The notes: generated by a model from the letters alone, not told the origin. A DNA stretch of 64,000 nucleotides from an uncultured Gammaproteobacteria bacterium (GCA_964517555.1 CAZFEF010000002.1:19-64018); one strand, 5' to 3'. Counted from the stretch's first letter, positions 9,053 through 18,178 are shown. A program made the numbers and translations.

Positions 9053-10201
9053 TTAAAAATAAGAGCGCCAATGCTTTTCCCAAATCAAACGCTTGATTTT
9101 AATCTGCATTTTTTCGGCTTTGATTTTAACTGATCGACTGGTCTTATCATGGAGGGACCTAATCGACCTCACCAGCTCATTAACTCCTCGTTCGATTTCA
9201 TCTGGACTCCAAGCTGGAGCACTAAAATTGTGGCTCAAATCCCGACCGCTGGCCCACCAAAAAGTGCAGCTGGCCAATCCCCTAACTAAATGCCACCTAG
9301 CCCAATGATAGTTACTGTCATGCTTATACTGAGCAATGACATGTTGAGCCATGTCAGCCAGTTCCCATAAAGAGCGATGGATTTTGTTTTTCTGATCCTG
9401 CCACAAAGCAAATGCCTGGCCACGATTAACTTCAGTGCGAGTTGATTCCCAAGACCCAGCTTGAATTTTTATTTTCTTGGTCTGATAAACTCCGCCTAGA
9501 TATCCAGAGACAGTTTTAGTACACAAACTTTTCCGCTTTAACAAAGTCTTCAATTCGGATTGATTTTCATGCCGCAGACCATAAAGCTCGCCATCGGTGG
9601 CCGTAATCAAGGTTGATTCTATTTTTTTCTCCTTCACTGACAAAGCTAAAACCGTTTTCGGAACATAGGTGTTAGACAACTCGCGGGAACGGAAGACCAC
9701 CCGCAGCAAACTATCTTGATCAACATATAATATCTCATTATCAATTTTCTCGTCAGTTAATACCGGATCCAAAATCAACCATTCATAACCCAACGATTTA
9801 ACCAGCTTAGCCACTCGAGGGCTATAGGCCATTTCCGGCAGGAAGAATCCTCGCAAACGGGTAACTCCTAAAAATCTTTTCAATATCTCTTCCTGCTCTC
9901 TAATTTGCAATATAGTTTCCGCTTCAGAAATCAGAGGCAAGAGAGCGTGGTAGGCGGCGCTACCGACTATTTCAATCTGGCCACTTTTAACCAATCTTTT
10001 TAGACGCTTAATCCACTCCAATTCTCGCAACTCTTCTAAGCGCAGCAATAAACAACCAGAGATATTGATAGTGCAATGATAATCCGGATGCTTCTCCCAA
10101 AAATTTAACAAGGGGCGATAGCATTTATCTAAAGCCTCGCTGATGTTATAAGGATCAGAGTTAGCAGGTTGATATAGATGTAAAAAATTTATCCAAGTCA
10201 T
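9053..10201 (-). CDS. Glycoside hydrolase family 57-like protein
   Basis: 382 aa. It has N-terminal HLYQP (the HQP-type region I), FLPEMAYS (nucleophile Glu region) and TDGELYG (the DGE acid/base region). An ATGA overlap links it to glgA. Confidence 0.6.
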   Translation of the reverse strand: MTWINFLHLYQPANSDPYNISEALDKCYRPLLNFWEKHPDYHCTINISGCLLLRLEELRELEWIKRLKRLVKSGQIEIVGSAAYHALLPLISEAETILQIREQEEILKRFLGVTRLRGFFLPEMAYSPRVAKLVKSLGYEWLILDPVLTDEKIDNEILYVDQDSLLRVVFRSRELSNTYVPKTVLALSVKEKKIESTLITATDGELYGLRHENQSELKTLLKRKSLCTKTVSGYLGGVYQTKKIKIQAGSWESTRTEVNRGQAFALWQDQKNKIHRSLWELADMAQHVIAQYKHDSNYHWARWHLVRGLASCTFWWASGRDLSHNFSAPAWSPDEIERGVNELVRSIRSLHDKTSRSVKIKAEKMQIKIKRLIWEKHWRSYF

Positions 10202-11670
10202 AGTGATTCACGTAAAGCCTTGCGGTAAAGCTTAATATATTTTTTAGCCGGAATTTCCCAACTAGAAGAAGCCTGCATGACTTTAGCCGCTAATAAACTC
10301 CAGTTTTTGCGATCTTTGTAATTTTCCAGAGCTCGGATAATCGCTCCATAAAAGGAATAGGGATCTTCGCCGCGAAAGGTAAACCCGGTGCCTTGATTAG
10401 TTCCCGGATTATAATTCGATACTGTGTCATACAATCCTCCCACCTCACGGACTATCGGCAGACAGCCATAACGCATAGCGATCAACTGGTTGATGCCGCA
10501 AGGCTCATAAACTGAAGGCAAAAGAAAAAAGTCAGAACCAGCATAAACTAAAGTCTCATACTTTTGATTAGCTTCATGCGAAGGAACCACTACTAAACGC
10601 TTAGGATAATCACGGGCAATTTTTTTCAATTCCTTGATATAACGCTGATCACCGGAGCCGATAATCAAAAGCTGCAAATCTAACTTCATCAGCGCTGGCA
10701 AAATCTTAATGATTAGTTCAAAGCCCTTCTGAAAAGTCACCCGGGAAGTAACGCAAAGCAAGGGCACATTAGGCTCAGACGCTAGACCTAGCTTTTTCTG
10801 AATAGCTTTTTTATTTTCGCTCTTTAATGATATTTTTTTGAAATTGTAGTTTTTAACCAAGCCCTGATCCTTCTCCGGGTTATAGGCATTATGCTCAATG
10901 CCATTGACGATACCGAATAGTCTCTCTTCGCGATTTTTTAATATCCGATGTAAGTCTTGGCCAAAATGCCGGGTCATAATCTCTTGGCGATACTTTTCGC
11001 TGACGGTGTTGATAATATCCGCCGAAAGAATCGCTCGTTTGGCAAAATTGATGTTTTCTATTTCCGGATTAGCTAAGTGCGGAATCCGTCTTTTGCCATC
11101 ATCTCTTTTCTCAACTGGCACATCCCACCAAGCATGCCCCAGCTGAAAGGCTAAATTATGAATAGTATAAACAGTCTTAGCCTTGGTTAAAGTTTTAGAA
11201 TAGCGAAAGTCAGTTTTGAGATAATACGGAATCAGTCCGGCGTGCCAATCATGACAGTGAATGATGTCGGCTTTAAATTTTAACAGTGATAGCAATTTTA
11301 AAGCGGCCACGTCAAACACTAAAAAACGAGCATTCTCATGGCTAGAGCCATATAAATTTTTCTTGCTAGAAAAATATTTTTTATTTTCGATAAAATAGAT
11401 AGGAAGATCATCCATTAAATACCCCTGCCAATAATTAACTTCGACTGTTTCCTCGGAATTAAGATAAACTTTAACGTTAGAAATAATCAGTTTCAAATGA
11501 TTCTTTTTAGGGTCGATAATCTGGCCATAAAAGGGAGTAATAGCAATTACTTCATGGCCTAAGCGCTTAATAGATTTGGGTAAACTGCGAGCTACATCGC
11601 CTAAACCCCCGGTCTTAGAATACGGAGCAATCTCAGAAGCAATGTGCACGACTTTTAATTTTTTAGCCAT
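10198..11670 (-). CDS. glgA: Glycogen/starch synthase (ADP-glucose type, GT5)
   Basis: 490 aa. The N-terminal KVVHIASEIAPYSKTGGLGDV (KTGGL motif) and the C-terminal GT-B signature EPCGINQLIAMRYG are present. Confidence 0.85.
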   Translation of the reverse strand: MAKKLKVVHIASEIAPYSKTGGLGDVARSLPKSIKRLGHEVIAITPFYGQIIDPKKNHLKLIISNVKVYLNSEETVEVNYWQGYLMDDLPIYFIENKKYFSSKKNLYGSSHENARFLVFDVAALKLLSLLKFKADIIHCHDWHAGLIPYYLKTDFRYSKTLTKAKTVYTIHNLAFQLGHAWWDVPVEKRDDGKRRIPHLANPEIENINFAKRAILSADIINTVSEKYRQEIMTRHFGQDLHRILKNREERLFGIVNGIEHNAYNPEKDQGLVKNYNFKKISLKSENKKAIQKKLGLASEPNVPLLCVTSRVTFQKGFELIIKILPALMKLDLQLLIIGSGDQRYIKELKKIARDYPKRLVVVPSHEANQKYETLVYAGSDFFLLPSVYEPCGINQLIAMRYGCLPIVREVGGLYDTVSNYNPGTNQGTGFTFRGEDPYSFYGAIIRALENYKDRKNWSLLAAKVMQASSSWEIPAKKYIKLYRKALRESL

Positions 11671-12149
11671 AAATTTGTCGCGCTTAAAGCCAAAGCTAAA
11701 GCTAGGGCATCAGCAGCGTCGTCGGGCCGAGGTAGTTCTTTCAAATTAAGTAGCATCTTAACCATGCGTTGCACCTGACATTTATCCGCTCGACCATAAC
11801 AAGAAACTGCCTGCTTAACCTGTCCTGGGGTAAACTCATAAATCGGTAAATTATTTTGCTTGAGGGTAAGTAACGCCACACCTCGAGCTTGCCCCACAAT
11901 CAAAGCCGTCTTAGTATTTTTGTTGAAAAACAATTGTTCAATAGCGGCGGCCGATGGTTTATACTTCTTAATCACCGCTTCTAATTTCTGCTGTAATTCA
12001 AAAAGTCGTGTCGGTAAATCTAACCGCAGGCTAGTCTGGATCGATCCATAAGCCAAGCATTGCGGATTTTTTCCAGGTTCAATTTTAACCAGGCCGTATC
12101 CGGTATCGGCAATTCCAGGATCAATTCCTAATAGAATTTGATGAGACAT
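11655..12149 (-). CDS. ruvC: Crossover junction endodeoxyribonuclease RuvC
   Basis: 164 aa with ILGIDPGIADTGYG and the C-terminal DAADALALAL motif. Confidence 0.85.
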   Translation of the reverse strand: MSHQILLGIDPGIADTGYGLVKIEPGKNPQCLAYGSIQTSLRLDLPTRLFELQQKLEAVIKKYKPSAAAIEQLFFNKNTKTALIVGQARGVALLTLKQNNLPIYEFTPGQVKQAVSCYGRADKCQVQRMVKMLLNLKELPRPDDAADALALALALSATNLWLKN

Positions 12150-12151
12150 AA

Positions 12152-12871
12152 TTAAGCTAGGTTGCTGTAATAATCGCTAACATCCTCATTGTCATCTAGC
12201 TCCTCTAAAAGCTTGTCGATAGTATTTAAACTGGCATCATCTAAATTAATCTTTTCTTTGGCTACATATTCAATATTGGCCGATTCAATTTTCAACCCTT
12301 TTTTTTCTAAATGGTTCTTAATGTTCTGCAGGCTATCAATGGCGCAGTAAATAATTAGACCTTCGTCTTCTGATTTCAAATCATTGAGGCCTAAATCAAT
12401 CAACTCTAATTCTAGTTCCTCAATATTTATCTGTTTAGCGGCAATTTCAGTTTTATCAACCATAATTACTCCCTGTTGTTCAAAATTCCATAAAACACTA
12501 CCCAGGGCGGCATTATATTTTGATAAAGTGTGACGCACCGTAGAAGCGCTACGATTTTTGTTGTCAGTGATACACTTAATCACTAGTTGTAAACCGCCAG
12601 AACCGACAGCCTCATAATACAATTCGCTAACTTGTTCGCCCCCCAACTCACCAGTTCCCTTTTTTATAGCCCTCTCAATATTATCCTTGGGCATGCTAAC
12701 ACTCCGGGCACGATCAACGGCGGCCCGCAAAGAAGGGTTGGATTCAGGATCCCCGCCGGAACGAGCGGCGATAGTAATAATGTTGGCCATCTTAGTAAAA
12801 ACAGCGCCGCGTTTAGCGTCGACTATGGCTTTCTGGCGATGAGTGGTGGCCCACTTAGAATGTCCGGACAT
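12152..12871 (-). CDS. yebC: YebC/PmpR family DNA-binding transcriptional regulator
   Basis: 239 aa. MSGHSKWATTHRQKA..DAKRG is the family hallmark. Confidence 0.9.
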   Translation of the reverse strand: MSGHSKWATTHRQKAIVDAKRGAVFTKMANIITIAARSGGDPESNPSLRAAVDRARSVSMPKDNIERAIKKGTGELGGEQVSELYYEAVGSGGLQLVIKCITDNKNRSASTVRHTLSKYNAALGSVLWNFEQQGVIMVDKTEIAAKQINIEELELELIDLGLNDLKSEDEGLIIYCAIDSLQNIKNHLEKKGLKIESANIEYVAKEKINLDDASLNTIDKLLEELDDNEDVSDYYSNLA

Positions 12872-12968
12872 AAAAACAAAAATTAGCTTTATTAATTTCA
12901 GCTTAGCCTAAATTGCTAAAAAAATCAATCTAAATTATAATAAGATTATAAGCAATAAATTAGATAAT

Positions 12969-13883
12969 ATGACATTAATTAATTTAGATCAAGCCGTCTT
13001 AAACGCCCTCAAATTCTTTATTTCGACTCCGGCCCCTAAACTCAAATTACCGGCCTTCAAAATGCCGCTGGTTATCGGATCAGGCAACGCCTACACCACT
13101 GGAGCTATCTTATTCTCCCAGACACCAGCTATCATGGCCAGCGAGACTAATCTGAAAATGATCGTAAAAAAATACTCCCCCTGGATCAAGAACAAAACTA
13201 TTGACGGCGCAATCGTTATTTCCGCCTCCGGCGGTAAAGATTCGGTTTGGGAAATAGCCTTAGCTAAAAAAATGGGACTTAAAACTCATCTTCTAACTTG
13301 CAACGCTGAATCAATGGGCGCCAAAACTGCCGATTCCTTTACTCTCTATCGTCGCCTAAGCGAACCCTATACTTTTAACGTTTCTACTTATCTGGGCATG
13401 ATTTTATCACAGACCAAAGAAAATCCTCACAAAATATTAGACTTCATCCAAAAGCTAAAAGCCCCAAAAAATATTGGCAAATACCAAGCCTATTCCTTTG
13501 TCATCGCCGATCAGTTCGAAGAAGTACTCACGGCAATCAACATCAAAACCCGAGAAATGTTCGGTTCCTTTATTAGCTTCGTCTCCTATACCGCCGGAGC
13601 AGCTCGACACGCCCGCTATGTTAGCCGCAACCCTAAAGAGCTGGTTATTTCCTTGGGAGTGGATAATAAATATTTCGGTGATCCTAAGGGCCGCTGGAAT
13701 ATTAAATTGCCCTCCGGAAGTGATGCCGCTTTAATCTTTTGTCTCTCATATTATATTATCGGTTTAATTCAAAAACAGAAACCGCCATATTTTAAAAAAA
13801 ATATTAGCCGCTTCTGCTCCGACTACGGCCCCAAGGCCTTTGGTAAAAAAGAAAAATTTGATCTCATTGTCCCTGGGAACTAA
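12969..13883 (+). CDS. Hypothetical protein, possible SIS-fold (sugar isomerase-like)
   Basis: 304 aa. VIGSGNAYTTG and VISASGGKDSVWEIALAKKMG loosely resemble SIS-domain motifs. The assignment is weak. Confidence 0.35.
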   Translation: MTLINLDQAVLNALKFFISTPAPKLKLPAFKMPLVIGSGNAYTTGAILFSQTPAIMASETNLKMIVKKYSPWIKNKTIDGAIVISASGGKDSVWEIALAKKMGLKTHLLTCNAESMGAKTADSFTLYRRLSEPYTFNVSTYLGMILSQTKENPHKILDFIQKLKAPKNIGKYQAYSFVIADQFEEVLTAINIKTREMFGSFISFVSYTAGAARHARYVSRNPKELVISLGVDNKYFGDPKGRWNIKLPSGSDAALIFCLSYYIIGLIQKQKPPYFKKNISRFCSDYGPKAFGKKEKFDLIVPGN

Positions 13884-13891
13884 AAATACAA

Positions 13892-13918
13892 AACAGCCGC
13901 TGATAGAGCGACTGTTTT
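13892..13918. terminator. Intrinsic terminator hairpin
   Basis: AACAGCCGC / GCGACTGTT stem (1 mismatch) plus TTTT, between convergent genes. Confidence 0.55.
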
Positions 13919-13936
13919 GATATATACCCGTACTCT

Positions 13937-14680
13937 TTATTTTTTTCGCCCTTGATTCTTAACGGCATCAATAGCTGCCTGCACTTTTTTCGGATCACCG
14001 AGGTAATAGTGTCGAATCGGTTTTAGTTTGGAGTCTAATTCATAGACCAACGGGATGCCGGTGGGCAAATTCAATTGAACGATCGCTTTCGGCGGCACCT
14101 TGTCTAAGTATTTAATGATAGCCCGCAGGGCATTGCCATGACCAGCAATAATAATCTTTTGGCCCTGTTTAATTTTGGGAACAATCTGTTTCTTCCAATA
14201 AGGCAAAACTCGTTTAACCACATCAGCCAAACATTCAGTTGCCGGAATTTTGATGCCAGCTAAATTAGGATTATTTTTAATGCTCTTTTTAAAACGATTA
14301 CGGTCACTAATCGGCGGTGGCGGAGTGTTATAGCCACGACGCCATTTCATAAATTTCTCCTCGCCGAACCGTTTCAAGGTCTGCGCTTTGTTCTTTCCGG
14401 TTAAATCACCATAATGTCTTTCCAAAAGTTGCCAAGGATTCTCGATGGGAATCTTTGATAATTTCATCTGCCGCAAAATTTCTTTTAGGGTATCAGACGC
14501 TCGACGCAGTGGCGAAGCCAAAGCGTGATCAAATGAGTATTTCTCCTTTTTGAGCAACCGGCCAGCGGCCATAGAGTCTCGCCTCCCCTTCACAGACAAG
14601 GGGGCGTCATACCAGCCACAAAAAATATCTTTTTTGTTCCATTCGCTCTCGCCGTGACGAACAAAGACAATTTTATACAT
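13937..14680 (-). CDS. gpmA: 2,3-bisphosphoglycerate-dependent phosphoglycerate mutase
   Basis: 247 aa. VFVRHGESEWNKK contains the RHGE catalytic motif, and the rest is histidine-phosphatase family. Confidence 0.9.
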   Translation of the reverse strand: MYKIVFVRHGESEWNKKDIFCGWYDAPLSVKGRRDSMAAGRLLKKEKYSFDHALASPLRRASDTLKEILRQMKLSKIPIENPWQLLERHYGDLTGKNKAQTLKRFGEEKFMKWRRGYNTPPPPISDRNRFKKSIKNNPNLAGIKIPATECLADVVKRVLPYWKKQIVPKIKQGQKIIIAGHGNALRAIIKYLDKVPPKAIVQLNLPTGIPLVYELDSKLKPIRHYYLGDPKKVQAAIDAVKNQGRKK

Positions 14681-14752
14681 ATTCAGTCGATATTTTAGTT
14701 ATATACCGGTATTATATAAAATTTTCACTGATTTGACTACCGCAATTCAAAA

Positions 14753-16165
14753 ATGATACCATTAAAATACTATAATTCCATGTCAAAAGCCTCGAGTTTG
14801 ACCAAACAAATACTAATAAACACCCTGATACCGCTACTTAAGATCCTGCTGTTTATCAAAAAAGTAATCACTACTTTTTTTCTTTTGTTGGTCTTTAGGC
14901 CCTTAAAATGGTTGGCTTCCATTTTCTTCTATCGTCCGATGATCAAGTTATACGGACTTTATCTCCTAAATCTCAAGCGCTTCCGAGAAATTGGATTAAG
15001 ACACAATCCTAAAATATTTTTGTTAAAAAGATTTTCCGTTCCCATAGTTATCTCTTTAATATTCTTGGCGGTAACCATCAATAGCTTGATAGCCGCCCCA
15101 AACTTTGGCGAGTTGTCTAACAAGATGCATAAATCAGTGGCGGCATCATTGGTTAAAAACGAATTCGATACTGGCGCCCCCGAAGAATTAATCACCGAGG
15201 AAATGAATTTAGAGGCACTCTGCACTAGCACCCCGACCAACTATCAAAGCAATCATGACGTTATCAAATCACAGCCGAAAATCACCACCAACACTATTCC
15301 GACCGACAACGAACAAGAACAATTCTGCTTAGTGAGAAATGGCGACTCTTTGATCCGCACCGATATTCTCACCACCGGCTCTGGCGCAGTCATCGCTCCT
15401 GAGAGACGCAGCATCGTCGAATATACAGTTAAGGCCGGCGATACTATCAGCACCATCGCTCGTCAATTCGGTGTCAGCGTTAATACTATCCTTTGGGCTA
15501 ATAACCTTTCAGCTACCAGCACTATTCGTCAGGGAGATAAATTAAGTATCCCGCCGGTGACCGGAGTGATTCATAAGGTGGCTAAGGGAGAAACCATTAA
15601 GGCTATCTCGATTAAATATGGCGTCTCTGCTGATACTATTATCGCCACTAACGGCCTAAGCGATTCCGGACTGCTGAGCGTCGGCCAAAGCTTAATTATT
15701 CCTGGTGGTCAGAAAACTACCAGCAGAACCAGCTCAACCAATACCAGCTACCGCGCCGTCGACATTGTTAAAGACTTAGTCAAACCAGAAAGCGCTAAAC
15801 CGCAAGGCAACAAGATGCAGTGGCCGACTGTCGGCTATCGCATCACTCAATACTATTCTTGGCGCCACACCGGCTTAGATATCGCCAACAAGACCGGCAC
15901 CCCGCTCTATGCAGCTGATGCCGGCGTGGTCGAATTCTCCGGTTGGAGTAACGGCTATGGTAATAACATTGTTATCAATCATGGCGGAGGCAAAAAAACC
16001 AGATACGCTCATGCCTCTAAGCTTTACGTCAAAAAAGGTGACGAAGTTTCGAAAGGTGAGGCAATCGCCGCCATGGGCTCAACCGGCCGTTCTACCGGGC
16101 CGCACATCCATTTTGAGGTAATCGTCAATGGTCAACGTCTCAATCCCTTAAATTATATTAAATAA
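14753..16165 (+). CDS. LysM-domain M23 family metallopeptidase (peptidoglycan hydrolase)
   Basis: 470 aa with an N-terminal TM segment, two LysM repeats (YTVKAGDTISTIARQFGVS and HKVAKGETIKAISIKYGVS) and a C-terminal M23 core (HTGLDIA..GSTGRSTGPHIHFE). The true start may be the internal MSKASS. Confidence 0.85.
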   Translation: MIPLKYYNSMSKASSLTKQILINTLIPLLKILLFIKKVITTFFLLLVFRPLKWLASIFFYRPMIKLYGLYLLNLKRFREIGLRHNPKIFLLKRFSVPIVISLIFLAVTINSLIAAPNFGELSNKMHKSVAASLVKNEFDTGAPEELITEEMNLEALCTSTPTNYQSNHDVIKSQPKITTNTIPTDNEQEQFCLVRNGDSLIRTDILTTGSGAVIAPERRSIVEYTVKAGDTISTIARQFGVSVNTILWANNLSATSTIRQGDKLSIPPVTGVIHKVAKGETIKAISIKYGVSADTIIATNGLSDSGLLSVGQSLIIPGGQKTTSRTSSTNTSYRAVDIVKDLVKPESAKPQGNKMQWPTVGYRITQYYSWRHTGLDIANKTGTPLYAADAGVVEFSGWSNGYGNNIVINHGGGKKTRYAHASKLYVKKGDEVSKGEAIAAMGSTGRSTGPHIHFEVIVNGQRLNPLNYIK

Positions 16166-16172
16166 AAATCAT

Positions 16173-16421
16173 ATGAACATTTTTCTGGGTTTACTCTTGT
16201 TAGTCGGTGGATTATTCTTCGTTATCAAAACCGAATGGTTTCTCTCAAACTTCGGCCGCATTTCCTGGTTTGAAGCTAAACTGGGAGCCGAAGGTGGATC
16301 ACGTTTGGGATACAAGATAATCGGCATGGTGTTAATCTTTTTTGGATTATTAGTCATGACCGGATTAATCGGCGGCTTCTTAAACTGGGTCTTGTCGCCA
16401 CTATTGAAATATAATAAATAA
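16173..16421 (+). CDS. Small membrane protein (82 aa, 2-3 TM)
   Basis: Hydrophobic ORF directly downstream of the M23 peptidase gene. Confidence 0.5.
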   Translation: MNIFLGLLLLVGGLFFVIKTEWFLSNFGRISWFEAKLGAEGGSRLGYKIIGMVLIFFGLLVMTGLIGGFLNWVLSPLLKYNK

Positions 16422-16444
16422 TTGGCTAGAGTATATAAGTCTTA

Positions 16445-16518
16445 GGGCCTTTAGCTCAGCTGGCTAGAGCACCTGCTTTGCAAGCAGGGGGTCAAGGGTT
16501 CGAATCCCTTAAGGTCCA
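16445..16518 (+). tRNA. tRNA-Ala (anticodon TGC)
   Basis: Hand-folded cloverleaf. Acceptor GGGCCTT/AAGGTCC carries the G3:U70 Ala identity pair. Anticodon loop is TTTGCAA and T-loop is TTCGAAT. No CCA is encoded. Confidence 0.9.
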
Positions 16519-16522
16519 CAAT

Positions 16523-17105
16523 ATGTCAAAAAGAGTATTCATTGTTCACGGCTGGGACGGCTATCCTGAAGAAGGATGGTTCCCCCTGGTTAAAAACGGA
16601 ATTAGAAAACCGCGGTTTTGTTGTTTCTGTCCCGCAACTACCAAAAGCCGACGAACCAAGGATTAATAACTGGGTACCAGCACTCAAAGAAGCTGTTGAA
16701 ACTGCCGACGATCAAACTTATTTCGTTGGACATAGTATGGGTTGCCAAACTATCGCCAGATATCTAGAAAGCCTGCCAGAGAATATAAAAATTGGGGGTG
16801 CAGTGTTTGTCGCTGGTTTTTTCAAAAGACTTTCTAATTTAGAAGATAACGATATCGTCAAAAATGTAGCTGAAGAGTGGCTAAAAACTCCATTAGACTT
16901 GAGCAAGGTTAAATTACACCTCGATAAAAGCGTGGCAATCTTTTCCGATGACGACCCGTATGTACCGGTTGATAACCAAGAAGATTACCAGAATAAATTA
17001 AACTCAAAAGTTATCATAGAGCACCAGCGAGGACATTTCTCTGAGAATACCGGAACCACCTCTCTGCAGTCAGCTTTAGGCGCTGTACTGGAAATAAGCC
17101 AATAA
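16523..17105 (+). pseudogene. YdeN/RBBP9-type alpha/beta serine hydrolase, interrupted by a 1-nt frameshift
   Basis: MSKRVFIVHGWDGYPEEGWFP (frame of 16523) continues as WLKTELENRGFVVSVPQLP...GHSMGC (frame of 16542). The two frames join at a C5 run at 16582-16586. Confidence 0.7.
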
Positions 17106-17141
17106 TTTATATCACCGTATCTAGGATAACTTAAACCAACA

Positions 17142-17159
17142 ACAGGCCCGGCCTGTTTT
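17142..17159 (+). terminator. Intrinsic terminator
   Basis: ACAGGC-CCG-GCCTGT hairpin followed by TTTT. Confidence 0.5.
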
Positions 17160-17191
17160 GTCTATCAAAAACCCAATAAATTAAGTCTTTA

Positions 17192-17220
17192 TTGACAAAA
17201 TTAACCAAAAATGATATAAT
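17192..17220 (+). promoter_or_regulatory. Consensus sigma70 promoter
   Basis: TTGACA, 17 nt ending in TGA, then TATAAT. It lies 25 nt upstream of the ATG at 17246. Confidence 0.65.
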
Positions 17221-17245
17221 GTTTTGAACATTAAAAACCGCAGAA

Positions 17246-17467
17246 ATGACCGAAACCGATAAAGATTGCTTAGCGGCTAATTGTATAGAAGTATATTACG
17301 CCGTCCTAGCTAAGACCAAGATGTACGCTGAATACGGTGATCATCGATCAGTCAATCGCCAACAAGCCAACGAGCGCGCAATCGAGCTTGAAGGATCCCC
17401 TGTCTTCGATTCCTTGTTCGCCAATAAACTCTGGCTTGAAAGCATATTGCCAGCCGCTAAGGTATAA
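17246..17467 (+). CDS. Hypothetical protein (73 aa)
   Basis: ORF with a perfect promoter upstream and a hairpin downstream. I recognise no family. Confidence 0.5.
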   Translation: MTETDKDCLAANCIEVYYAVLAKTKMYAEYGDHRSVNRQQANERAIELEGSPVFDSLFANKLWLESILPAAKV

Positions 17468-17470
17468 TAA

Positions 17471-17498
17471 AAAAAGGACCAAACCAGGGCCTCTTTTT
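17471..17498. terminator. Putative bidirectional terminator
   Basis: AGGACC-AAACCA-GGGCCT imperfect stem with an A-run before and CTTTTT after. Confidence 0.4.
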
Positions 17499-17509
17499 AC
17501 TTACAAAAA

Positions 17510-17803
17510 TTAATTGCTAGCCGAGATACATACATTATCCACCCAAGCGAAAGCATCAGGAACCCATCCCGGATAAAACGTAGCCTTTAATGTCCCGTCT
17601 GGCGATGGGGGAATGTCTTCAATTGAATATTCTTGGAAACTATCAGTTAGATAAAAAGATGCGGCCAGATAATTATGATTAGACTCCCAGACCAAGGAAG
17701 AGGGGTTGTAATAATAAGAATGGTCTGACGTCCTAACCCAGACGTCTATTTGTTTAATCGGCGAAAGGTCTGAAGACATAGCAAAAAAACTAATAAATGA
17801 CAT
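17510..17803 (-). CDS. Hypothetical protein
   Basis: ORF only. I trimmed the start to the internal Met because the longer form overlaps the promoter and start of the divergent gene. Confidence 0.3.
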   Translation of the reverse strand: MSFISFFAMSSDLSPIKQIDVWVRTSDHSYYYNPSSLVWESNHNYLAASFYLTDSFQEYSIEDIPPSPDGTLKATFYPGWVPDAFAWVDNVCISASN

Positions 17804-17804
17804 T

Positions 17805-17833
17805 TTTACATCCACTAAAATAAAAGGTATAAT
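17805..17833 (+). promoter_or_regulatory. Sigma70 promoter placed for a leaderless transcript
   Basis: TTTACA, 17 nt, TATAAT (17828-17833), 6 nt, then ATG(17840). Confidence 0.55.
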
Positions 17834-17839
17834 AGAAAT

Positions 17840-18178
17840 ATGAAAAAAATCATTCATTACATTCCCCGAATCTTGTCAATAATAATAGTGGGCTTTCTAG
17901 CGGTTTTTATCTTAGAAGCTTTCGACTCTAATTTCGGTTGGCAAGCAGGACTAACGCATTTAATAGTGGCCTTAGTGGCCTTAATTATTACTATCATCGC
18001 CTGGGCAAAACCGAAATTGGGCGGTTGGCTGTTTATTGTTGTCGGCTTGATCTACTTATTATCGGCTATTCAACAAAAAATGTGGGGCAGTCTTTTATGG
18101 GGCATAATTCCCTTAATTACCGGAATATTATTTTTAGTGGGCAAAAACCAAACTACTCAAACAGATGAGTTGGACTAA
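17840..18178 (+). CDS. Membrane protein (112 aa, 3-4 TM)
   Basis: Hydrophobic ORF that overlaps the mntP start by 14 nt. Confidence 0.55.
   Translation: MKKIIHYIPRILSIIIVGFLAVFILEAFDSNFGWQAGLTHLIVALVALIITIIAWAKPKLGGWLFIVVGLIYLLSAIQQKMWGSLLWGIIPLITGILFLVGKNQTTQTDELD

Noticed and set aside
8016-9083. Longer starts for several track ORFs: 9083 for the APH-like kinase, 25927 for murI, 41006 (TTG) for dnaA and 33243 (TTG) for the KH protein.
   Set aside because: The internal ATG starts coincide with the conserved N-termini of the families and remove long overlaps with upstream genes.
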